The position numbers were made by a program, and so were the translations under genes. A model generated the notes under the pieces. The model was not told the DNA's origin. It saw nothing but the letters and a program-made list of their open reading frames with translations, and did no database searches. Of a stretch of 64,000 nt of DNA, positions 57,168-64,000 are shown piece by piece (position 1 is the stretch's first letter; each line of letters begins with the position of its first letter). The stretch spans positions 113,067-177,066 of the forward strand of contig DATKWK010000035.1 in the NCBI GenBank assembly GCA_035529595.1. The letters run 5' to 3'. Source of the DNA: Candidatus Bathyarchaeia archaeon (lineage in GTDB: Bacteria; Patescibacteriota; Microgenomatia; PFEM01; JAFGMK01).

Positions 57168-58183
57168 GTCTCATAAAACTTTTTAAGCCGCTCGGCATCA
57201 TCATTTAAAACATCCTCCGGGAATAATCGATACTTAATTAAATCACAGTTTGGACATATCTTGGGCATCTGGGAAACGCCGTCAAGCATCCGGCGCCTAA
57301 AACTTTGAAATTTTTTTCCATTCCATATCTTAACCACTGATTCTTCATGACAATCACCTAAAATCTCAGGATATTCAAAAGAATAACAGGGAACAATTTT
57401 GCCATCCGGATTAATCTGAAAGTGAAAAAAAGGCTGGGGACAAATTTTGACTTCTGAAACCGGCAATCCAAACTGGGTAAAAGACATCTTTTTACCCTTG
57501 ATTATTTTCTCATAGTCCACGTTTGAGTGAATCGGCACCATATGTTCGATGGCAATCGTATCGCAAAGATCGCCAAAAATTTTATAAAACTTCTTTTCAT
57601 CGTCCTTGCCCTGCAAAGCGCAATCGATGATTTTAATATACATTTGGGTATCGCCTTTATTTTCAAAAAAGTAGCGCAGGTTCTTGACAAATTCTTCAAA
57701 ATCGATGTCTGTTTGACAGACCTCTTTATATTTTTCTTTGGTCGTTCCCTGCAAGGAGACAACCAATCTTGTCAGTCCGGCGGAAATAAGTGAGTCTGAC
57801 ATTTTAGGCGTCAAAAGCGAAGCGTTGGTTAACATTTCGACTGTCCTGGCGATCTTTTTGGAAGCGGTATAGGCAACCATCTCTGCGATATTGGGGTGCA
57901 AGAGTGGTTCGCCGATTCCCACAAAACGAACCACTTTTATCTTGTTTGGAAACTTGGCCATATCATCAACGCATTTTTTATACAAACCAAGATCCATGAC
58001 CACTTTATCGGAAATAAAACCCCGCTTATTCTTGTCTAAATGAAAAATGCAATAATTACACTTAAAATTACAGGCATAAATGGGAAATATCTGAACCACA
58101 AATGGCGTCGCCAGGGGAAGAACAGCCGCCAGTCTTGTTCTTTTTCCCCCGGGTGCTTGTCCGCTAATATCTGTGGCTTTCAT
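57164..58183 (-). CDS. Radical SAM protein with a Twitch-type auxiliary Fe-S domain
   Basis: CNFKCNYC and GEPLLH; C-terminal CPQPF...VPC...CPNC. Confidence 0.92.
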   Translation of the reverse strand: MKATDISGQAPGGKRTRLAAVLPLATPFVVQIFPIYACNFKCNYCIFHLDKNKRGFISDKVVMDLGLYKKCVDDMAKFPNKIKVVRFVGIGEPLLHPNIAEMVAYTASKKIARTVEMLTNASLLTPKMSDSLISAGLTRLVVSLQGTTKEKYKEVCQTDIDFEEFVKNLRYFFENKGDTQMYIKIIDCALQGKDDEKKFYKIFGDLCDTIAIEHMVPIHSNVDYEKIIKGKKMSFTQFGLPVSEVKICPQPFFHFQINPDGKIVPCYSFEYPEILGDCHEESVVKIWNGKKFQSFRRRMLDGVSQMPKICPNCDLIKYRLFPEDVLNDDAERLKKFYET

Positions 58184-58674
58184 ATAAGGTCTTTATAAAC
58201 ATGATGACACCCCAGTAAATTACGAGGGCATGATCCATGCCATTTGAGATAACCAGGATCGGTTTCCTTCAGGCCCCTGTTAATGGGAATAAATGTCCTT
58301 GTCAGAAAGCACTTGAATAAAATCGAAACAAAATGACTTCTGACATCCCGCTTGTGATTAATAAATTGATTAACGGCGATTGGGATAGGGTCAAAACTTA
58401 CCTCAACCCCTACTTCTGCTTGGGCGACTTTTTTGAGCCTTGTCTCCAGAGTTTCTTTATACCTCACAATCCCCCCCGGAAGATGCCAGCCTTGCCCTGA
58501 CAACTGGTCGTCTCTCCACGATAAAAGAGTCTGCCCATCCTCATCTTTTATCAAAAGATCAACATTCACCAATGGGGTAAGGCCACTGATAAAAAAAAAT
58601 ACTTCTTCAGGCAAACTTTTTTTTCGATTGGGAATTTTTTTGTTAAGAAAAGCAATCGCTTCGGTAATATTCAT
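58180..58674 (-). CDS. NUDIX hydrolase, GDP-mannose mannosyl hydrolase-like
   Basis: TPLVNVDLLI, modified Nudix box WHLPGGIVRYKETLETRLKKVAQAEVG and SHFVS. Confidence 0.8.
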   Translation of the reverse strand: MNITEAIAFLNKKIPNRKKSLPEEVFFFISGLTPLVNVDLLIKDEDGQTLLSWRDDQLSGQGWHLPGGIVRYKETLETRLKKVAQAEVGVEVSFDPIPIAVNQFINHKRDVRSHFVSILFKCFLTRTFIPINRGLKETDPGYLKWHGSCPRNLLGCHHVYKDLI

Positions 58675-59771
58675 GATTGGAACAGTCTTTTGTCTTTGTT
58701 AAATGGTTTTTTTGTTTTATCTTTAGCTGTAAAAACCTTAGACCAGTGAACCGGAAGGGGTTTACCATAAGTCTTTTTAGCGATATAATTTTTAATAAAA
58801 TCTCTATCTTCGGCAATCTGACAAGTTTCAACCCGCTCGCCGAAGTATTTAATACTAAACCCTCTTTCAATAATATCTTTTAGCGGTTCTTCAAAGACAT
58901 TACCAATCGAGACATATATGTATGGACAAGGCAGAACATCCCCATATTGGGTAACGGAAAACATGCCTTTAACGGCAATACAACCCATATTAAGACCATA
59001 GGCCGGGGTTAAATGAGTAAAAACCTTGTATTTTTTTTCAAGCTCTTCCATGTATTTCATATCTTTTTTATCAATCAGGTTGTCAAAATTCCCTTCCCAA
59101 GCCCCAACCGGCTTGGCATAGCTCACAAAAATCCCAATGTCTCTCTTATCAAAATATTTAATAAAGTTAACAAACTCATCTGAGTAAAGCCTTTGTTTCC
59201 AAACTACGGTTTGGATAAAAATGCCTAAACCAGCCTTTAGGGCGGCATCAATTGACTTTACTGCCCTCGCATGAGCACCAGGCATTCTCCTAAACGCATC
59301 ATGCTCCTCGGCGTTAAGACTATCGATGCTCAACTGGACCCTATCCACCCCAATGCTTTTTAAATGCCTGGCTTTTTTCTCGTCCAAAAACCAGCCGTTA
59401 GTATCAGAGTTGATGTAAAACTTTTGTGGATTAATAGCAGCAACCAATTCGTCAAAATCTTTAAATACGAGCGGTTCACCCCCGGTGATCGTTACCCGCG
59501 CCAAGCCTAGTTCGTCTGCTTGTTGAAAAAGATTTTTAACATCAGAAATGGTCAATGACCGCTTATTTTGCTTACCCTGCATTGTTTTAATCGAACAATG
59601 CTGACAACGAAAGTTACAGGTGTAGTTATATTGAAGTTGAATAATGGCAATGCTTTCTCCTCTTTTGAGTTTTTCATCAAACTTCATAATCTTCTCATAG
59701 ACCAAAGGTTTTTCTTCTTTGAGTTTGTTTCTTCTGCTCTTTTCCTCGGGTTTTATCTTTTTCTTGGCCAT
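58671..59771 (-). CDS. Radical SAM protein with a SPASM/Twitch-type domain
   Basis: CNFRCQHC, TGGEPL and DTNG; C-terminal GCIA...LPCPY...TCQ. Confidence 0.92.
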   Translation of the reverse strand: MAKKKIKPEEKSRRNKLKEEKPLVYEKIMKFDEKLKRGESIAIIQLQYNYTCNFRCQHCSIKTMQGKQNKRSLTISDVKNLFQQADELGLARVTITGGEPLVFKDFDELVAAINPQKFYINSDTNGWFLDEKKARHLKSIGVDRVQLSIDSLNAEEHDAFRRMPGAHARAVKSIDAALKAGLGIFIQTVVWKQRLYSDEFVNFIKYFDKRDIGIFVSYAKPVGAWEGNFDNLIDKKDMKYMEELEKKYKVFTHLTPAYGLNMGCIAVKGMFSVTQYGDVLPCPYIYVSIGNVFEEPLKDIIERGFSIKYFGERVETCQIAEDRDFIKNYIAKKTYGKPLPVHWSKVFTAKDKTKKPFNKDKRLFQS

Positions 59772-59785
59772 GATATTTTTTGATA

Positions 59786-60958
59786 TTATCTCATAGTAAT
59801 AATTTCATTATTGAGCCCCATCTTTTCTATCTCTTTTAAGATTTCATCGCTGTATAAAGCAGCACAAATAACAATGACGCCATTAAATGATTTTAGCCTG
59901 TCTGGTGAACAAAAAATAGGGACCCCTTTTATTTTCATTCCTTGTTTTTTATCGTCTTTATCAATAAAAAAGGCAATCTTGCATTTGCCAAGAGAAGTAT
60001 TATTGATAAGCCGCATCGTATAGGACCCTGCTCCCCAAATAGCAATCTCCTGTTGTGACTTAGCAATCCTGTCTATTTTGGGCCATTTATCCTGACGACG
60101 TGATTTCTTAATATAGGAAACAATTGAATCTCTAACTTTGAAACTGGGAGCGATCCTTTCGGGTGGCTTTTTTGGGGTTCTTTTTTGGTAAAGAGTATAA
60201 ACGGCTGGATAGAGTTTATTAGACACATGACTTTCTTTTTTTGCAAATTCCACCAAATCAAGATTTTTTTGAAGAAATAAATTGTTGAGAGAATTTTCGT
60301 CAAAATGGTTAATATGCTCGCAATCAAAATAATGAAAAGGGACGAGGTAATATTTTGTATAGCGTGATGCGTCCGGCACTTCAATATACAATATCCCGTT
60401 TTCATTTAGTTTACCGACGATATTATCAGCGGCTACTTGCAAGTCACAGATATGTTCCAGAACATGAGAAAGAATAATGCAGTCAAATTTCTGTCGGGGA
60501 ATCGCGGAGCGAATGGTAAAAAGCTCTCCCTCAAAAGCATTTATGCCCTCTTGAACATTCTCGACACACTTTCGAGACGGATCTAATCCATTTAAGTTCT
60601 TATACCCTAATTTTTTGAATTCGGTTAATAATTCGCCGTTCGCGCAGCCAATATCCAGTATTGAAGCGTTTTTGTTCTCTAAACGATTTGATATCGGCGT
60701 TAATTTGCTTAAGTTCCATTTCGTGGTCGTTTTTGTCGCACCACTAAATTCATATTTTGAAAATTCTTGATAAAACTTATTGTAATCTCGCTGGCGGGCG
60801 GGCGTATCGGCGTAAACAAAGCCGCATTTTTGGCAACAAACAACATCATATTCTTCTGGCAAAGGATAGTTTTCGGGTATCGCAAAAAATTGATGATGAA
60901 GTATTTGGCCAGACTTATTAAAGCATATCGGGCATTTCCTAACCAATTTTTTAATCAC
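59786..60958 (-). CDS. SAM-dependent methyltransferase with an N-terminal Zn-binding motif (sugar C-methyltransferase-like architecture)
   Basis: CPIC...CQKC, LDIGCANG, SHVLEH, EVPD, EHINHF and a C-terminal IAIWGAG domain. Confidence 0.85.
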   Translation of the reverse strand: MIKKLVRKCPICFNKSGQILHHQFFAIPENYPLPEEYDVVCCQKCGFVYADTPARQRDYNKFYQEFSKYEFSGATKTTTKWNLSKLTPISNRLENKNASILDIGCANGELLTEFKKLGYKNLNGLDPSRKCVENVQEGINAFEGELFTIRSAIPRQKFDCIILSHVLEHICDLQVAADNIVGKLNENGILYIEVPDASRYTKYYLVPFHYFDCEHINHFDENSLNNLFLQKNLDLVEFAKKESHVSNKLYPAVYTLYQKRTPKKPPERIAPSFKVRDSIVSYIKKSRRQDKWPKIDRIAKSQQEIAIWGAGSYTMRLINNTSLGKCKIAFFIDKDDKKQGMKIKGVPIFCSPDRLKSFNGVIVICAALYSDEILKEIEKMGLNNEIITMR

Positions 60959-61952
60959 GTGGAAAAGTTTTTATATTTTTTAACCGCTCTATAATCTTTT
61001 CTGCATACTGATCAATATTATCAAGTTCGCAATAGTCGTTCATTGTACATTGTTTGCAGGGTTCAATTTTATCTTTGCTTCCCATCAAATGGGCAATCTG
61101 CAACCCTCTTAACTTTTTACCATTCCAAATTTCTAAAAGTGAGCTTTTGTTGGCGTCACCGATGATGTTTATCCTTCTCCAATCGACGCAACAAGGAACA
61201 ACTTGGCCGTCTGCTTGAATTTGAAAACCCTTAAACATTTGAGCGCAAACTTGTCGCTTGACCACCTTCCCTCCGTACCTGAACTCACTACTGGAGTAAG
61301 GACCATCAAATTCAGGCCACATAGAAACTAATTTTTCAATGTATATTTCGTCACAGCTGTCACCAAATAAATCTAAAAATTTTCTTTTTTTACTTTTTGA
61401 GGGAACCGCTTGATGATGAATCTTAACATGAATAATGCAATCACCGCTGCCAGCGTGCAAAGCGCGAATATTTTTCAATAATTTTTCAAAATCTATCTTG
61501 ACATTGGAGATACGCTTATACTCCTGGGCCGATAATCCTTCAATAGAAAAAATTATTCTATCAGCAAAACGCGGCAGATTTTTAATCAAATCAGGATTAA
61601 GCAGAGTTCCGTTACTGATCAACTCTATCCTTTCAATAAGTTTTTTTTCCTTTGCATACTGCAGTATTCCCACAATGTTCTTGCTCATTAAGGGTTCGCC
61701 ATTGCCACAAACGCGCAGTACCTTAATTTTATCGGGAAATTCAGACAAATCATCGATTAGCTTTTTAAGAAGCTCAAGAGACATAAAATCTCTTTTGAAA
61801 GCCTTGTCGCCACTTGTTTGGGGACAAAACGCACATTTCAAATTGCAATAGCCTGATGGCTCAATGTAAACAACAAACGGAGTAGTCAGAGGAATATGCT
61901 TTCCCAATACTAGCCGTTCGTGACGTGTTTGAGATACTAATTTCGCCTTCAT
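60951..61952 (-). CDS. Radical SAM protein with a Twitch-type auxiliary Fe-S domain
   Basis: CNLKCAFC and GEPLM; C-terminal CAQMF...VPCC...CKQC; paralogue of 57164-58183. Confidence 0.92.
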   Translation of the reverse strand: MKAKLVSQTRHERLVLGKHIPLTTPFVVYIEPSGYCNLKCAFCPQTSGDKAFKRDFMSLELLKKLIDDLSEFPDKIKVLRVCGNGEPLMSKNIVGILQYAKEKKLIERIELISNGTLLNPDLIKNLPRFADRIIFSIEGLSAQEYKRISNVKIDFEKLLKNIRALHAGSGDCIIHVKIHHQAVPSKSKKRKFLDLFGDSCDEIYIEKLVSMWPEFDGPYSSSEFRYGGKVVKRQVCAQMFKGFQIQADGQVVPCCVDWRRINIIGDANKSSLLEIWNGKKLRGLQIAHLMGSKDKIEPCKQCTMNDYCELDNIDQYAEKIIERLKNIKTFPRD

Positions 61953-61980
61953 AAAATGATTTCAAATATATTTTTTTAGC

Positions 61981-62009
61981 ATTATAGTATACCTGTCTAT
62001 GTTTATCAA
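61981..62009 (-). promoter_or_regulatory. Near-consensus sigma70 promoter for the radical SAM sub-operon
   Basis: TTGATA (62004-62009), 17 nt, TATAAT (61981-61986), 28 nt before ATG 61952. Confidence 0.75.
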
Positions 62010-62016
62010 GATTTTT

Positions 62017-63549
62017 TTAATCTATCCAATAGGTAATATACGTTTTCCTATTCTTATTTTTCCCAATCTTCTCATCTTCATAAAAAGAATCTTTTACATA
62101 GTGAGTTGAAGAAACCTCCTCGAATACCCCATCAGTTTTAGCTTTCATGCTATGCTTCACTTTCCGCTTTACTGTCACGATATCACCTGCTTTATAATTT
62201 TTTTCCTTACCATTTAAAGTAATTACGAACTTACCACCAAGAATATAAAAAGTCTCTTCTTTCTTTTTATGATATTGTGCCGGATGCTTCTGGTTCGAAA
62301 ACATAACAATTAATTTTTTGCAGTATTCTCGATTAACGCAATCTATCAAAATCCCGCCATATTGATAAAATTTCTCAAGTCCATAATGATAAGAGATTGA
62401 AAAATCAGTTTTTTGAGGAATCGCAATTTTATATTTTTTCAAAATTTTATCAGCTTTCTCCACTATTGAATAAATCTTTTTTCTAATATTTACTTTTTTA
62501 ACATCAATAATCGCTTCATTCTTTTTAATTTGTTTATTAGCATAAAAGTGAGTATATTTAGACATATCATTGGCTAAAACTTGATCCTCTTGATTAGGAA
62601 AGGCAAAAAAAACATCCTTAATATCAATAAGCTCGCCTTTTTTAATTTCCTTTTTGGCAAAAACCCCTCTTTTAAATTGCCTCAGGTCAGCCAACTCTTT
62701 TTTAGTAAATTCAGCTCTCTGATCTGTAAGTCCACTCATTTTTAGAGCCTCTTCAGCCGATTTTAGCCATTTTTTAGTTTGATTCGGAGTGGCTGAATAA
62801 GCATTGATGTTAAATTTTTTTGTTTTAACCGCTACGTGCTTTTCTAAAATCCTTGCCCCCTTAGCGATTGCCAATTTAACCGCTTCGAAACTATTCGGAT
62901 CTTCATGAGTTGAAAAACCAATCACCACCCCCGAATATCTCTTCCTAAGCATATCTATTTGGCCAAGCTGTAAATTTTCTTCTCCTGTTGGGTATTCGCC
63001 CACACAATGCATTAGGGCAAACCGTTTCTTCCGGTTTTGAAAAAAACTTACCACTTTATCTATATCTTCAAGCTCTACGCCTGCTGTCGAAGCAATAATT
63101 GGTTTCTTGGTTTTAACAATTCTCTCAAGCAATGGCCAATCATTAAAAGAACAACTGCCAATTTTGACAATATCAAAATTTAAGGCTTCAATCCTATCAA
63201 CTGATTTCTCATCAAAAGGGGTACAAACGGAAATAAAGCCTAATTTATCAAGTTCGTTTTTTAAAGTTTTCCATTCTTTTTCTGAAAGATCTGTTTCCGA
63301 AAATCGCTTTACATATTTGATATCCATCCTTTTTTGATAATCAGGATGAATAAAGCTGGGAATATCACGAAATTGAAACTTAAAAGCAAAATTAAAATCA
63401 AACTCTTGGGCCACCTTATAAAAACTTCTGATTACTCCTAAACCATGTTCAACACTGCCCATATGATTATTAGCCAATTCAAAAATAAACAGCGGTTTCT
63501 CTTTCCTTGATAGCTCAAAGTCAAACAAATTTTTAAGCTTCAATTTCAT
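62017..63549 (-). CDS. NeuB-family PEP-dependent ulosonate synthase fused to SAF and a C-terminal cupin (sugar-isomerase-like) domain
   Basis: FELANNHMG, KFQ, TPFD, KIGS, HCVGEYP, STHE and EKH; then RGVFAKKEIKKGE (SAF) and NREYCKKL...HPAQYHKKKEETF...VKH (cupin). Confidence 0.88.
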   Translation of the reverse strand: MKLKLKNLFDFELSRKEKPLFIFELANNHMGSVEHGLGVIRSFYKVAQEFDFNFAFKFQFRDIPSFIHPDYQKRMDIKYVKRFSETDLSEKEWKTLKNELDKLGFISVCTPFDEKSVDRIEALNFDIVKIGSCSFNDWPLLERIVKTKKPIIASTAGVELEDIDKVVSFFQNRKKRFALMHCVGEYPTGEENLQLGQIDMLRKRYSGVVIGFSTHEDPNSFEAVKLAIAKGARILEKHVAVKTKKFNINAYSATPNQTKKWLKSAEEALKMSGLTDQRAEFTKKELADLRQFKRGVFAKKEIKKGELIDIKDVFFAFPNQEDQVLANDMSKYTHFYANKQIKKNEAIIDVKKVNIRKKIYSIVEKADKILKKYKIAIPQKTDFSISYHYGLEKFYQYGGILIDCVNREYCKKLIVMFSNQKHPAQYHKKKEETFYILGGKFVITLNGKEKNYKAGDIVTVKRKVKHSMKAKTDGVFEEVSSTHYVKDSFYEDEKIGKNKNRKTYITYWID

Positions 63550-63561
63550 TTACCTCTATTT

Positions 63562-64000
63562 TTAAACAAAGCTATAAACTTTTGTATACCATTTAATTGT
63601 TTTTTGCAATCCCCTTTCCAGGTTGTATTTTGCCCTCCATCCCAAAATCTTTTTGGCTTTTTGGGAAGATAAGTATTGATCTCTTATCTCCGCCTTAGCT
63701 TGATTAACTATTTTATAGTTTGACTCCTGACCACAAAGTTTATAAATAGCGCTTACTAACTTTAAGACAGAAACTGGTTTTTCGTTACTAAAATTAAAAG
63801 CCTGGCCATAAAGACCAAGTTTTTTCATTTTGGAGGCTAACAGAAGATAGCCTTCTACCACATCTTTAACATAAATATAGTCACGGGTAAACTTACCATC
63901 GCTGCGGATTAAGAGCGTTTCTCCAGCCAGCGCTTTTCGAACCGTGTCCGGAACAATCCGAGAGAAATGGTGGTCTCCCGGACCAAAAATATTCCCGCAA
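63562..64000 (-). CDS. rfbG: NDP-glucose 4,6-dehydratase, CDP-glucose type (5' part outside the window)
   Basis: Open frame from the window edge: CGNIFGPGDHHFSRIVPD...IRSDGKFTRDYIYVKD...GQAFNFS; co-occurs with rfbH. Confidence 0.75.
   Translation of the reverse strand, partial: CGNIFGPGDHHFSRIVPDTVRKALAGETLLIRSDGKFTRDYIYVKDVVEGYLLLASKMKKLGLYGQAFNFSNEKPVSVLKLVSAIYKLCGQESNYKIVNQAKAEIRDQYLSSQKAKKILGWRAKYNLERGLQKTIKWYTKVYSFV

Noticed and set aside
57164-61952. RiPP (ranthipeptide/sactipeptide) cluster suggested by three radical SAM genes
   Set aside because: No precursor peptide, RRE/PqqD domain, peptidase or exporter; all neighbours are nucleotide-sugar enzymes.
5177-63337. The many 60-150 aa plus-strand and nested ORFs in the track (e.g. 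5177-5515, 5512-5880, 32879-33199, 45380-45826, 61435-61851)
   Set aside because: They are antisense or alternative-frame shadows of well-supported genes and have no motifs.
1-64000. Alternative genetic code, tRNA/rRNA, CRISPR array, transposase/integrase or defence genes
   Set aside because: Genes are intact under code 11 with TGA used as stop; spacers are short with no cloverleaf or repeat-spacer pattern; no recombinase or nuclease motifs seen by eye.

Overview
The window is one continuous cell-envelope locus, read with the standard bacterial code and almost entirely on the minus strand. Gene content and protein style suggest a Patescibacteria/CPR (Microgenomates-like) genome; this is inference. 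Positions 1-19.9 kb hold a rearranged dcw cluster: mraZ, a hidden 39-aa ORF, rsmH, ftsL, ftsI, murE, pgeF, murC, a geranylgeranyl-reductase-like flavoprotein, murA, an alpha/beta hydrolase, membrane-anchored murF, a DegT aminotransferase, femX, dgkA, mraY and ftsW. The only plus-strand genes, a murL-murD2 pair (racemase-independent route to D-Glu), sit inverted in the slot where murD normally lies. Positions 20-22.7 kb hold a hypothetical gene, glyQS and recO. Positions 22.7-52 kb are a large surface-glycan locus: DUF4012, priming sugar transferase, ManC, six GT4, two GT2, four ArnT/PMT-like GT-C enzymes, an O-antigen-ligase-family protein, an acyltransferase, Wzx and a 1117-aa mosaic GT-C. 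Positions 52-64 kb hold an unusual nucleotide-sugar module: RfbG-like dehydratase, NeuB-SAF-cupin fusion, three radical SAM enzymes, methyltransferases, NUDIX, SDR, HAD, a YerE-like ThDP enzyme and RfbH/DdhC. The best candidate for an undescribed system is this last module, predicted to build a C4-branched higher-carbon 3,6-dideoxy sugar tailored by radical SAM enzymes. Next is the non-canonical peptidoglycan pathway (MurL/MurD2, EDPR-type MurE, FemX/DegT, TM-MurF). I saw no rRNA, tRNA, CRISPR array or transposase. All family calls come from motif recognition by eye, not database searches.
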